A stretch of DNA of 64,000 bases from an uncultured Gammaproteobacteria bacterium (GCA_964639265.1 CAZXCL010000011.1:9362-73361); one strand, 5' to 3'. Positions 9,901 through 19,391 are shown, counted from the stretch's first letter. A program made the numbers and translations. The notes: generated by a model not told the origin, from the letters alone.

Positions 9901-11407
9901 ATGGATAGATGTCGGGACGTGCAAGGCCAGAGAGTCCATCACGCCTGGGCTCGACCAGAATGTCGGTCACGCGCCAGTTCGGCCCGGCATACGCGCTGCA
10001 GTTCTGATCATCCTCAGACGACGATTGTTCGTCGCAGATACATAGTCGTGATTGATCGACGGGTTGATCCGTGCCACTGCATGCTTCCAACCACGAATCA
10101 CCCAGACTCGCCAGAGACTCATCCAGTTTGCCGAGTTGCTCCCTCGCATCAGAAAACTCGTTGATCAGGTTGTGTTCAAGCGCCTGGGCAATATGCGCCA
10201 ACCGAGCCCGCGTTGCATCGTTACCCATCAAAGCGCGATCGGTACACAGCAAGAAAACCGTACCAACCATCAGAAACGCAATCGTGGCCAGCATGGACAC
10301 ATACACTTCGACAAAGTGCATCCGCTCGCGCGCGCGCAACGTCGTGAGCTTGACCACCGGCCAGGTGATAATGCCGATCAGAACAAAAGCCAGCATTGCC
10401 ATCACAAGCGGCGAGGCCACTTCAAGTGAATCGCGCAGCGAGCTGCCGCCGTTGATCAAACCGCACACCCGGAATGACCCTTGTGCACCGTCCATCGCGT
10501 TTGCGACAAGCAGCTGGCGGCTGGCCGCCTCCAGATCCAGCGGCTGACACATCAACGTATAGCGAGCACCCGCCAGTTCCACTTTGCTGACCAATGTGGT
10601 CGCACTATCAGCCGTTTGCGATGACTTGTCGTCTTTGTCATCGCTATCGCTCCCCATCAACTTTGTCAGGCTGCCGATCGAGACGCCGAGCGCCTGATGT
10701 TCAATGTGATGCCCCGGCGGCTGAAACAGCTCCAGAGCGCTGGGCGCATGCTGGACCATAACGTGAGAGCTTCGGTCGGCGACAAGGATAGACTCAAATG
10801 CCGTGCCAAACGTGGATGCATCCAGCACCTCATCAAGATTGACGTCAATATGCACTCGCCGCTTCCCGACCGATTCAGTACACGTCTGGGCAAGCTCGGA
10901 CTCTTTCGGTTCAGATATCTGGGATGTGGAGATCAGGCAGACATCGATGGTGAAACCACGGGCGTGCGAATCCAGCGTCCTGTCTGAGATCAGTCCGTAC
11001 CTGGGATCTTTTTGTGTGTGCTGTTTTCCGCGGCGGCTGCGAGTTCTCTCGTAGTGCGTTTTGGCCTCGAGCGTAAACTCGTCAACTTGTTCGCATGTAG
11101 CGTCATCGGCAAGCGTCAAATGAGACTGACGTTCAAAAAACTCGCATGCGAAGCCAGGCTTGGTCAGGCTGTCCACGACCTTCAGGGAGTTCGCCAGCAA
11201 ATCGTCGACCGATTCGGTGACCTGCACCAGAGCGTCGAGACCATGACGCTCCGTCTCCTGCAGGCGATTGGATACGCTGAGGGCGTAGACTGCTGCGAAC
11301 AGCACAATCACAACCGCTGCCGACGCCAGCTGTCGCAATCCCGCGCGACGCCGGGGCTGCGTTGTTGCGCCGGATTCGGCGGAACTCCTGTCCGTTTTGC
11401 GACTCAC
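6941..11407 (-). CDS. very large (1488 aa) multi-pass membrane protein with Cache-like extracytoplasmic sensor region and large cytoplasmic domain of unknown function
   Basis: N-terminal TM (AAVVIVLFAAVYALSV), further TM pairs, a central cluster of about 7 TM helices and two C-terminal TM helices. Region VSVGKREYYQAVRDRELWSVENQGGDFFVQSF...YAVIDNATGRALFHSDV resembles Cache/dCache ligand-binding domains. No kinase, P-loop or other catalytic motif was found. Confidence 0.6.
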   Translation of the reverse strand: MSRKTDRSSAESGATTQPRRRAGLRQLASAAVVIVLFAAVYALSVSNRLQETERHGLDALVQVTESVDDLLANSLKVVDSLTKPGFACEFFERQSHLTLADDATCEQVDEFTLEAKTHYERTRSRRGKQHTQKDPRYGLISDRTLDSHARGFTIDVCLISTSQISEPKESELAQTCTESVGKRRVHIDVNLDEVLDASTFGTAFESILVADRSSHVMVQHAPSALELFQPPGHHIEHQALGVSIGSLTKLMGSDSDDKDDKSSQTADSATTLVSKVELAGARYTLMCQPLDLEAASRQLLVANAMDGAQGSFRVCGLINGGSSLRDSLEVASPLVMAMLAFVLIGIITWPVVKLTTLRARERMHFVEVYVSMLATIAFLMVGTVFLLCTDRALMGNDATRARLAHIAQALEHNLINEFSDAREQLGKLDESLASLGDSWLEACSGTDQPVDQSRLCICDEQSSSEDDQNCSAYAGPNWRVTDILVEPRRDGLSGLARPDIYPFFSQVFLINLKNGMQLLKASARNANTPMVSVGKREYYQAVRDRELWSVENQGGDFFVQSFRSITTGEFSAALSARSVNQWRDIAGEIPKVEAREYDAGLGVAMAFTPLSLVNQVLAPGVSYAVIDNATGRALFHSDVRHATVENLFRDEGIADRLKAAIHARATVTFDGRYRTQANYVHVRPLADIPWTIVLFENASVSRTSSVEVLSQATLMVALHLLALGLLTGLYLANNGRETPSWIWPAAHWPHRDRIALFRGGCWWLVAYGLVSLTAVSIFEGPSLWWSLALPQAAVVVLLFAGAGKALKREYAKTLERLGRWVLMAALIGCFAVSAQSQQMWAQGIPRVTMAFLLLLVLVTLWAWRRDVVVAGAVRWSILVAAAIFIGVVWFADSPTWALWCLIAFFVCYLLMPLSSWRYRLRGYQLRAMLVWLVIAVPPAVGYFKIAHERELNVFQALEKSYTERARNFRQHALQDQFQKVEGGQGLFEGATSAQALTNRAMDLYSVEGVSRMCYLSYRRGGHDASSKASCPAKDAQADNLLTWFTHSLNRHFPIYNEMTRHARYIDTQIPDDAKSTENQEVEQLDDEAGGPAITRLEPEFLLPIGGALVLGAFVGLGLLWAWVAYGARRLFYGELDAHADSLTVEEIVEHDVRKHTVATLATRAQYAFITESTEAHDVYRLSSKRQLRKLEKIEGDRPLLCTHLGDALRDDALRRCVLGVLEKLSKLPHGRVIVLSSVPIAKTRSAVKDQRTEEDDHRLIEFPFENDGESARWRSILAEFESVDVSIRGGFSSRLAPKASLTQLPDRNWLNEELGAIAGLSSLMGTDYETTLTRPLTRREVVKEIGKRADWFYRSLWDNCSTDEKIVLTQLSREGVVNPRQVNAVRSLLARGLLRMDPVLKPINNSFGRYVASVFDAEEIDALESAGQTAGFNMRRVLMGLILLVLLFLWFTQRDVVDTWITYLGGIAVGMTSVLKIMDSLKGGASSR

Positions 11408-11428
11408 TGAACATCCCTGATCTATTTC

Positions 11429-11455
11429 ATTGTGGCGCCACCACGCCCGGGCGTG
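11429..11455. repeat. imperfect 12-bp-stem inverted repeat in the 113-bp gap between the S9 peptidase and the giant membrane-protein gene
   Basis: GCCACCACGCCCG/GGCGTGGGCGGC palindrome read directly. No adjacent U-run. Confidence 0.35.
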
Positions 11456-11520
11456 GGCGGCCCTATCCTAGAAATATAGTAGAAATTCGAGCGTTCGCTA
11501 TTGGCCGAGTGTCCGAGCGA

Positions 11521-13725
11521 CTATTTTTGCCCCGCGCTTCTCACTGTCACCGGACGATCCGGCTGAAGGTAGCGATCAAAATGGTCGAAGAGACGACCAA
11601 ACAGATAGCGATTGTAGCCAGGCTCACGACTCCACGCGTGGGTCGCGCCGGGCACAAACGCCGTGTCAAAGTTCTTTCCCTCACGAATCAGGGCTTCGGT
11701 CAGCACAGCAATCGTATTGAATGGCACGACCTGATCCTGCATGCCATGAATGAGCAACAGATGATCTTCCAGATTGGCGGCGTACCTGACCGCGGCCCGC
11801 TCAAAAATCTCCGGATGCGTGTCCGGCCGGCGAACGATCGCTACATCATCAGTACCAAAAAAGTGAGGATCAACAGCCGCTGCCGCTGCGACTCCGGCCT
11901 TGAACAGACCCGGCTTTTTGAGCAACGCATACACCGATAGCGTACCGCCGTAACTGCTTCCCCATATTCCAAGTCGCTCTCCGTCGACGTAGGGCAGCGC
12001 CTTGATGTAGTTGGCTGCACTGACCACATCGTCAAGATCTTGGCCGACAAAATCGGTCAGAAACGCCTCGCGAAACTCGCGGCCGTAGCCCGTGCTGCCG
12101 CGCATGTCCACCTGCACAACGATGTACCCGCGTTGCACCAGCATCTGCTGGACGAGGCTGTACACACCTCGCCAGCGGTTGCGCACAGTATTGGAATAGG
12201 CGGGACCAAAAATGACCGGATACTTGCGACTCGGATCGAGATTCGAGGGCTCGAGGATGCGCGCATGCAGGCGCAGGTCAGGATCGTTGCCGGGAAAACT
12301 CACGTAGCGCGCACGAACCCAATCGTGCTCTCCAAACGCTGGCAAGGGCGAATTGGTCACGCGACGCATCTGGCCATCCTCCACGTGCACGACATACAGG
12401 TCCGGCGGATTGACGTCATCACTGTGGACCACAGCAAGGTGTTTGCCATTTGGCGAGACAAATCCGGTGTGACGCCCGGGGCGGCGGGTAACACGCGTAG
12501 ACGCCTGACCCGTGGCGGACAGGCGATAAATGTGCTGATTGTGGACAGTCTCGCCGTTGCCGGCGAAAAACATCGTGCCGTCCGCGGCAGAGAACATCGG
12601 TGCGCCAAGCACATCAAAATCCGTGTCCGTCAATCGCGTTGGCGTCGCATCCGATGCCGACGTGTCGATTCGATAGAGTCCGTAGCGATCTTCAATGTCA
12701 CTCAAAAAGACAACGCGCTCACCCTGCCAGGCCGACGCGAACGCCGTGTAAATGCGACTGGCGCGTTGACTGTGCCAGATCCGTTTGAGCGGACCCCGCT
12801 CTTTCCCAAGCGTGTACAGCCACCGATCTTCATTCGTGTCGCTTGCCAGATCGAGCAGCAGTACGCCACGCGGCGACCATGCAAACCCGACCACCTGGTT
12901 GGCCGTTGGATCGGGAATGTCGAGCGCGGTCATCTCCCCGGTCGCGACATCCACCAACGCGACAGTTCGCGACTCGTTCGCATCACCCGGATAACCGCGG
13001 CGTACAAAATTTGGTTCGGTCTGAGCAGCCAGATAGTTGGGAAACGCGACTTTGCGCATGTGCCGTCGATCCACCAGATGAACCGCCATTGTGCGGCCGT
13101 CTGGCGACCACGCGTAGGTCGGGCCGCCCCATATGCCCGGACCGATTTCACGCTCCGCGCGCCGATAGCGGCCCGCTTGCAACGACGACAGACTCGGGAT
13201 ACCAACCTCCGTCAGCGCCGCGGGCTGGCCGCCGGCTGCCGTTACCGTCCACACGTCGCCGTCGGCAAGCCAGGCCAAACGGCTGCCATCGGGGGAGATC
13301 GACAGATTGCTGGCGCTCTCATGAATCTGGGCGATCAACACCCCCTCGCCACTCGTCACATTTGTTGCCCACAACCCGCCCGCACGCAGCGAGTAAATGG
13401 TCTCACCGGACGGATGCCAGACAAAATCCCGCGTCGACTCGCTCTGTGGCGCACCCAGCCTGCGCAGTCCGTCGCCGTGCGCATTCACGAGCATCAGATG
13501 GCGGGAGGCCTCTCCGTCCGGATTCCAGATAAACGCGACGTGCGAACTGTCCGCTGACCACTTGGGCGCGGACGGAGACGTGCCGAGCAAACCTGGCGTG
13601 GCAAACGCCGTCTCAAGCGTAAGCGGCGGAGAAGCATGAGCAGACACAAGACACCACCACACAGCCGCCCAAAGACTCAGCCGATTCAAACGCGGCGCGA
13701 GCCCGGTCAGTGAACTCAAACACAT
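11521..13725 (-). CDS. S9 family peptidase (TolB-like beta-propeller plus prolyl-oligopeptidase-type alpha/beta hydrolase), secreted
   Basis: Signal peptide MCLSSLTGLAPRLNRLSLWAAVWWCLVSAHA. WSPDG-type propeller repeats. Nucleophile elbow GIWGSSYGG followed by the D and H of the triad (GMQDQVVP...H). Start moved to the internal Met at 13725 to avoid overlapping DUF1428. Confidence 0.85.
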   Translation of the reverse strand: MCLSSLTGLAPRLNRLSLWAAVWWCLVSAHASPPLTLETAFATPGLLGTSPSAPKWSADSSHVAFIWNPDGEASRHLMLVNAHGDGLRRLGAPQSESTRDFVWHPSGETIYSLRAGGLWATNVTSGEGVLIAQIHESASNLSISPDGSRLAWLADGDVWTVTAAGGQPAALTEVGIPSLSSLQAGRYRRAEREIGPGIWGGPTYAWSPDGRTMAVHLVDRRHMRKVAFPNYLAAQTEPNFVRRGYPGDANESRTVALVDVATGEMTALDIPDPTANQVVGFAWSPRGVLLLDLASDTNEDRWLYTLGKERGPLKRIWHSQRASRIYTAFASAWQGERVVFLSDIEDRYGLYRIDTSASDATPTRLTDTDFDVLGAPMFSAADGTMFFAGNGETVHNQHIYRLSATGQASTRVTRRPGRHTGFVSPNGKHLAVVHSDDVNPPDLYVVHVEDGQMRRVTNSPLPAFGEHDWVRARYVSFPGNDPDLRLHARILEPSNLDPSRKYPVIFGPAYSNTVRNRWRGVYSLVQQMLVQRGYIVVQVDMRGSTGYGREFREAFLTDFVGQDLDDVVSAANYIKALPYVDGERLGIWGSSYGGTLSVYALLKKPGLFKAGVAAAAAVDPHFFGTDDVAIVRRPDTHPEIFERAAVRYAANLEDHLLLIHGMQDQVVPFNTIAVLTEALIREGKNFDTAFVPGATHAWSREPGYNRYLFGRLFDHFDRYLQPDRPVTVRSAGQK

Positions 13726-13812
13726 ATCATCATTTCCCGTCGTTATGCAGGCCGAGCATTCGCGCGCTATTGTATCTAAACTCGAACTAACGACACGATT
13801 GGGAGAAAACAG

Positions 13813-14166
13813 ATGGGTTATATCGATGGCTACGTGATACCGGTGAAAACGGCCAATGCCGACAAGTACAAGTCTTTTGCCGCCAAATACGCGCCGCTGT
13901 TCAAAAAACACGGAGCCACGCGCGTGGTTGAATCCTGGGGCGACGATGTCGACCACGGCAAGACCACGGACTTCTATCGTGCGGTCGCCGCGGGTGACGA
14001 TGAGACGGTCGTGTTTTCGTGGGTGGAATGGCCTGACAAAAAGGCGCGGGATGAGGGCATGGCGCAGGCGATGAAAGACCCTGCGTTTGCCGAGGAAGGC
14101 GTCGAGATGCCGTTCGATGGCAAGCGCATGATCATGGGCGGCTTCCAGGTCATCGTCGACGAATAG
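13813..14166 (+). CDS. DUF1428 family protein
   Basis: 117 aa. MGYIDGYVIPV...FSWVEWPDKKARDEGMAQAMKDP matches the conserved DUF1428 pattern from memory. Confidence 0.75.
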   Translation: MGYIDGYVIPVKTANADKYKSFAAKYAPLFKKHGATRVVESWGDDVDHGKTTDFYRAVAAGDDETVVFSWVEWPDKKARDEGMAQAMKDPAFAEEGVEMPFDGKRMIMGGFQVIVDE

Positions 14167-14236
14167 ACAGCGTCCACTGTCGCGCTGAAGTCCGGTACAC
14201 TATTCGACCATTTATTTGTAGCGACACAGTTCAGCC

Positions 14237-17200
14237 ATGGCCGACGCGGCAGCGACCAACGACGATAACGCCTTCTCCTTCGTGGAGATGGAGCTTGAAA
14301 TCCTGAAGTTCTGGGAATCCGAGCAGGTGTTCCAGAAGTCTCTGGATAACACTCGCCACAAGAAGCCCTACATCTTCTATGACGGGCCGCCGTTTGCGAC
14401 CGGTTTGCCGCACCACGGGCACATCGTCGCCAGCACCATCAAGGACATCGTCCCACGCTACTGGACCATGAAGGGCCGCTACGTGATGCGCCGCTTCGGC
14501 TGGGACTGCCATGGCCTTCCCATCGAGCACGAGATCGACAAACAGCTGAACATGTCGGCGGCGCAGGCCGTCGAAGAGCTCGGCGTTGCCGGCTATAACG
14601 ATCAGTGTCGCGCGATCGTGCAGCGCTACGTGTCACAGTGGCGTGAGACCATCACCCGTCTGGGTCGCTGGATCGATTTTGATAACGACTACAAAACCAT
14701 GGATCTGGATTTCATGGAGTCGGTCTGGTGGGTGCTCAAGCAGCTCTGGGACAAGGGATTTGTGTATGAGGGCGTGAAGGTCATGCCGTTGTCCACCGCG
14801 CTTGGCACACCGCTGTCCAATTTCGAAGCCAACAGCAACTACATGGATGTGCAGGACCCGGCCGTGACGGTTCTGTTTGCGCTCGAAGAGGAAGACGCCT
14901 ATCTCACGGCCTGGACCACGACGCCCTGGACATTGCCCTCAAACCTGGCGGTGTGCGTTGGACCAGACATCGAGTACGTAAAGGTCAAGGACCCGTCGCT
15001 GGACAAGCCGGTCTACCTGGCTGCCGAACGTCTCGGAGACTATCTCAAAGAAGACGAGATCGAAATCCTCGCGCGCATGCCGGGCAAGGATCTGGTCGGT
15101 AAACGTTACACGCCGCTGTTCCCCTACTTTGCCGAACAGGCGGACAACGGCGCGTTCGTTGTGATTTCCGGCGACTATGTTACCACCGACAGCGGCTCAG
15201 GCCTGGTACATCAGGCACCCGCATTTGGTGAAGACGACTATCAGGCGTTTCGCGCTGCCGGGCTTGAGGCATTCGTTTGCCCCGTCGACATGAACGGCGT
15301 GTTCACTGACGAGGTCACCGACTTCGCTGGCATGCAGGTCAAAGACGCTGACAAGCACATCATTCGTTATCTCAAGGAACACGGCACGCTGTATCGGCAA
15401 GACACCATTCAGCATAGCTATCCGTTCTGCTATCGCTCCGACACGCCGCTGATTTATCGCGCCATTCCGTCGTGGTACGTGCGCGTCAGCGAGATGCACG
15501 AAAAACTCATCAACGCGAACCAGCAGGTGCGCTGGGTGCCTGATCACATCAAGGAAGGACGTTTCGGCAACTGGATTGCTGGCGCCATGGATTGGAGCAT
15601 TTCGCGTAACCGGGTCTGGGGTACGCCGCTACCCATCTGGATCAACGATGAGACCGGCAATCAGATCTGCGTCGGCTCCGTCGCCGAACTGGCCGAACTC
15701 ACCGGCACCACCGTGACCGATTTGCATCGCGAGCACGTCGATCCGTTGACGTTTACCAAGGACGGCGAGCCGGGCACCTATCGGCGCATCAGCGAAGTGC
15801 TCGACTGCTGGTTTGAATCCGGCTCCATGCCCTACGCGCAGCTGCACTATCCGTTTGAGAATCAGGACGTGTTTGAAGCAGGCTTCCCGGCAGAGTTTAT
15901 CGCCGAAGGTCTGGACCAGACGCGTGGCTGGTTTTACACCCTCACGGTGCTGGCCGCGGCGCTCTACGACAAGCCAGCGTTTAAAAACGTGATCGTCAAC
16001 GGCATGGTGCTGGCCGAAGACGGCAAGAAGATGTCGAAGCGCCTGCGCAACTACACCCCGCCCGATGACCTTATGAAATCGTTTGGCGCCGACGCGCTGC
16101 GTCTGTACCTGATTAATTCTGGGCTGGTGAAGGCCGAGGAACAGCGCTTTACCGACAGCGGTGTGCGCGATATGACCCGACGCGCACTCCTGCCAACCTA
16201 CAACGCTTTTTCATTCCTGAAGACCTACGCCGAGATTGATCAGTGGTCACCGGACAAAGGTCGCAAACGTGGCGACAACGTACTGGATCGCTGGATTCTC
16301 TCGCGCCTGCAGACGCTCAAGGCCAACGTAGCGCGTGAGATGGAAGCCTACCGGCTCTATAACGTGGTGCCGGAGTTGTTCGCGTTTATCGAAGATCTGA
16401 CCAACTGGTACATCCGACTGAACCGCACGCGCTTCTGGGGCAGCGGCATGGACGACGACAAGCTGGCTGCCTACAGCACCCTGTACGACACACTCAGCGA
16501 ACTGGCGACGGTTATCGCACCGTTCACGCCGTTCTTATCGGAGCATTTGTATCGCGAGCTGGCGAGCTTCGGCGGCGCCCGGCCCGCCCCGATTTCTGTT
16601 CATTTGTGTGACTATCCCGTGTCGGATGACGCGCTTGTTGACGATGCGCTGGAAGACGCGGTCGATCGGGCCCGTCAGGTGATTTTGCTTGGGCGACAAA
16701 AGCGCGAAGAGGCGAAGATCAGCCTGCGCACACCCCTGGCCTGCCTGACTATCGTGCATCGCGACGCGACCACACTCGAACAAATCAAGGCGCTCGAAGA
16801 CACCATCAAGGGTGAGCTCAACGTGCAGCAGGTGCGCTACGACACCCGCGAATCCGACTACATCGAGTTGGTGGCCAAACCCAACTTCCCGGTGCTCGGC
16901 AAGCGTCTGGGCAAGCGCATGAAAACCTTTGCCGCGGCAATCAAGCAGCTGAGCGCCGAGCAGATCGGGCAACTACAGAGCGCCGGCCGCATTGAGCTGG
17001 AGGGCGAGTCATTCGACACCAGCGAAATTGAGGTGCTGCAGCGGGCACGGCCGGGTACCAACGTAGTGTCTAACCGTCTGATTGCCGCGGACCTGGACTG
17101 CACCCTCACGCCTGAGCTCATTCGCGGCGGCTATGCCCGCGAGGTGCAAAACCGCATTCAGCAAACGCGCAAAGAAATTGGCCTGCATGTGGCCGACCGT

Positions 17201-17383
17201 ATCGAGGTGAGTTACGCCACGGCGGGCGAACTGGCCACGGCGCTCGGCGAACACGGTGACTTTGTGGCCAGCCAGGTATTGGCAACGCGGTTTGAGTCCA
17301 ATGACGGCGAGCATGAACACGAGGCCACGATTGACGGCCAGACGTTTTCATTCAGCATCAAGAAGGTGCCGGGCGACAGCTAA
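14237..17383 (+). CDS. ileS: isoleucine--tRNA ligase, type 2 (eukaryote-like)
   Basis: 1048 aa. N-terminal YDGPPFATGLPHHGH (eukaryote-type HIGH region) and KMSKRL (KMSKS). The overall length and motif spacing are typical of type 2 IleRS rather than the bacterial type 1 enzyme (about 940 aa with a C-terminal zinc finger). Confidence 0.9.
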   Translation: MADAAATNDDNAFSFVEMELEILKFWESEQVFQKSLDNTRHKKPYIFYDGPPFATGLPHHGHIVASTIKDIVPRYWTMKGRYVMRRFGWDCHGLPIEHEIDKQLNMSAAQAVEELGVAGYNDQCRAIVQRYVSQWRETITRLGRWIDFDNDYKTMDLDFMESVWWVLKQLWDKGFVYEGVKVMPLSTALGTPLSNFEANSNYMDVQDPAVTVLFALEEEDAYLTAWTTTPWTLPSNLAVCVGPDIEYVKVKDPSLDKPVYLAAERLGDYLKEDEIEILARMPGKDLVGKRYTPLFPYFAEQADNGAFVVISGDYVTTDSGSGLVHQAPAFGEDDYQAFRAAGLEAFVCPVDMNGVFTDEVTDFAGMQVKDADKHIIRYLKEHGTLYRQDTIQHSYPFCYRSDTPLIYRAIPSWYVRVSEMHEKLINANQQVRWVPDHIKEGRFGNWIAGAMDWSISRNRVWGTPLPIWINDETGNQICVGSVAELAELTGTTVTDLHREHVDPLTFTKDGEPGTYRRISEVLDCWFESGSMPYAQLHYPFENQDVFEAGFPAEFIAEGLDQTRGWFYTLTVLAAALYDKPAFKNVIVNGMVLAEDGKKMSKRLRNYTPPDDLMKSFGADALRLYLINSGLVKAEEQRFTDSGVRDMTRRALLPTYNAFSFLKTYAEIDQWSPDKGRKRGDNVLDRWILSRLQTLKANVAREMEAYRLYNVVPELFAFIEDLTNWYIRLNRTRFWGSGMDDDKLAAYSTLYDTLSELATVIAPFTPFLSEHLYRELASFGGARPAPISVHLCDYPVSDDALVDDALEDAVDRARQVILLGRQKREEAKISLRTPLACLTIVHRDATTLEQIKALEDTIKGELNVQQVRYDTRESDYIELVAKPNFPVLGKRLGKRMKTFAAAIKQLSAEQIGQLQSAGRIELEGESFDTSEIEVLQRARPGTNVVSNRLIAADLDCTLTPELIRGGYAREVQNRIQQTRKEIGLHVADRIEVSYATAGELATALGEHGDFVASQVLATRFESNDGEHEHEATIDGQTFSFSIKKVPGDS

Positions 17384-17394
17384 CGTCGCCCGGC
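17368..17394. terminator. perfect 10-bp stem hairpin (GCCGGGCGAC-agctaac-GTCGCCCGGC) between convergent ileS and DUF885 genes; ileS stop codon lies in the loop
   Basis: Inverted repeat read directly. There is no strong U-tract on either side, so it is a candidate bidirectional terminator or RNA-stability hairpin. Confidence 0.45.
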
Positions 17395-17404
17395 ATTCGA
17401 TCGT

Positions 17405-19180
17405 CTATTTCGAGGCGGCGATCCAGCGATCAATTTTCGCTTCAAGCACGGGCAGCGGCAGCGAGCCGGTGCCGAGCACCTGAGCATGGAAGCCTTTGAG
17501 ATCAAATTTGCGACCCAGCGCTTTCTCCGCCTTTTGACGCAGCTCCTGTATTTTCAGCGCGCCCACCTTGTAGCCCAGCGCCTGTGACGGAATCGCAATG
17601 TAGCGCTCGACTTCTGCAACAACTTCCGTGCGCGTCATGCCACTGTTCTCTAGCATAAAATCGATGGCCTGCTCGCGCGTCCAGCCCTTGGCGTGGATAC
17701 CGGTATCGACCACCAATCGCATGGCGCGAAGCTGCTCATCCTGCAGCGTGCCGTAGCGGTTGTAGGGATCATCAAAAAACCCCATCTCATAGCCAAGCGT
17801 CTCGGAATACAGCGCCCAACCTTCAACAAACGCACCATTGCCGCCAAAGCGCATGAAGTTGGGTAAATCCGTGTTTTCCTGCGCCAGGCTGATCTGGAAG
17901 TGATGCCCGGGCGCACCTTCGTGCAGATACAGTGTCACGTTGCCAGTGGTCAGACGGCTCGGCAAATCGTAGGCGTTGAAGTAGAACGTGCCGGGACGTG
18001 AACCATCCGGCGTGCCGGACTGATACGAACCGCCCGCGTTGAATTGCTCCACCGACGGATCATAGGGTTCGATGCGCAGCTCCGATTTGGGCACCAGCGA
18101 AAAGTAGTCGTCGATTTTCTCATCGACCATTTTGCCGATGTCGTAATAGGCCTGCGTCAGGGCTTCGCGACTCTCCGGCTTGAACTCAGGTGCCGTTCGA
18201 ACGTAATCAAAAAACTCGTTCAGCGTGCCCTCGAAGCCAACCTCGGCCTTGACCTTCTCAAGATCCGACTTGACCCGCTCGACTTCTTTCAGTCCCAGCG
18301 TATGCAGATAGTCGGCGGTGAGCGGCAGCGTCGTGGTCTGCTCGATCAGTTGCTCATAGAGCTTCTCGCCGCCTTTCATCTGACTCAGACCGATGCTGTC
18401 ACGGGCGGAGGCCAGGTATTCATCACGAAGGAAGTCGCGCATACGCTCGTGCGCGGCATAAAGCTCACGACTCTTCTGCTCGTAGGCGGCGGTCAAGCGA
18501 TTCTTGTCCTCGTCGGAAAATGACTCCGGGAACATGCTCACCGGTCCCATGAATTGGGACTCTTCCACCGGTACCGCCAGCATCGTGTCGAACTGGTCAA
18601 TCACGTTGTTGATGGTGAGCTTGGTTTCAACCACACCGCTCTTCATGCCCTCGCGGAATTTACCAATGGCCCGATCAATGATCACGATGTAGTCGTTGTG
18701 ACGCGACAGATTGTCTTCATAGTTGGCCATCGTCTTGAACGGGGCGGCGCCTTTGCCACTGGCAAACGTGGGATAAAAAGTATGCAGCCCGCTGAAGTGG
18801 TTGACCGGCCGCACTTCGGTTAAAGCACGAATTTCATCCGTGCTGCCCTTTAGCGACTGCTCCTGATCGTATTTGAAGACGTCGTAGGCCAACTGATCGG
18901 TGACACTGAGCTTGTCCCGGTCGATCTGCGCCAGCAGCGCCAGATTGAGCTGCGTGTCGGTACGATTGGCCAGAAACTGCGCGTCGGTCAGAAAATCGCC
19001 CAGTCGACCGGCATTGCTGTCGTCGCCACGGAAAAGGCGGCTAATGGGATTGAGCGCAAGTTGACGCTCATCGGATTCGGCAAACAGCGCGAACATACGA
19101 TCTCGTTCGGACTTGTCACCGTGGTGATCCGCGAAGACCGGTGCGGCAAAGAGGGCCAGCGCAACGCTGGCGCATGACAT
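17405..19180 (-). CDS. DUF885 family (putative metallopeptidase-like) secreted protein
   Basis: HEGAPGHHFQ motif characteristic of DUF885. Signal peptide MSCASVALALFAAPVFA from the internal start at 19180. Confidence 0.8.
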   Translation of the reverse strand: MSCASVALALFAAPVFADHHGDKSERDRMFALFAESDERQLALNPISRLFRGDDSNAGRLGDFLTDAQFLANRTDTQLNLALLAQIDRDKLSVTDQLAYDVFKYDQEQSLKGSTDEIRALTEVRPVNHFSGLHTFYPTFASGKGAAPFKTMANYEDNLSRHNDYIVIIDRAIGKFREGMKSGVVETKLTINNVIDQFDTMLAVPVEESQFMGPVSMFPESFSDEDKNRLTAAYEQKSRELYAAHERMRDFLRDEYLASARDSIGLSQMKGGEKLYEQLIEQTTTLPLTADYLHTLGLKEVERVKSDLEKVKAEVGFEGTLNEFFDYVRTAPEFKPESREALTQAYYDIGKMVDEKIDDYFSLVPKSELRIEPYDPSVEQFNAGGSYQSGTPDGSRPGTFYFNAYDLPSRLTTGNVTLYLHEGAPGHHFQISLAQENTDLPNFMRFGGNGAFVEGWALYSETLGYEMGFFDDPYNRYGTLQDEQLRAMRLVVDTGIHAKGWTREQAIDFMLENSGMTRTEVVAEVERYIAIPSQALGYKVGALKIQELRQKAEKALGRKFDLKGFHAQVLGTGSLPLPVLEAKIDRWIAASK

Positions 19181-19391
19181 ACGACGAATGCTGTTCAAAG
19201 GATTCCCCTTGCTCTGGGAGCTAAAATTGTTGGCAGCAGGATAAACGCAGCGTTTAGCGGTGTCCAAAACCCACCGTGGTTATCGCGCGCCAGCGGCGCG
19301 CACGTTGTTTGTCCTTGGATGCATGAGCGATACTCAATGTTTACAGGACGGGGAATTTCCTGGGCGACGCCCACAACTACTGGAAAATCAC

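Noticed and set aside
12040-13557. 505-aa ORF on the plus strand
   Set aside because: Antisense to the S9 peptidase gene. Arg-rich, with no motifs, no RBS and no plausible start context.
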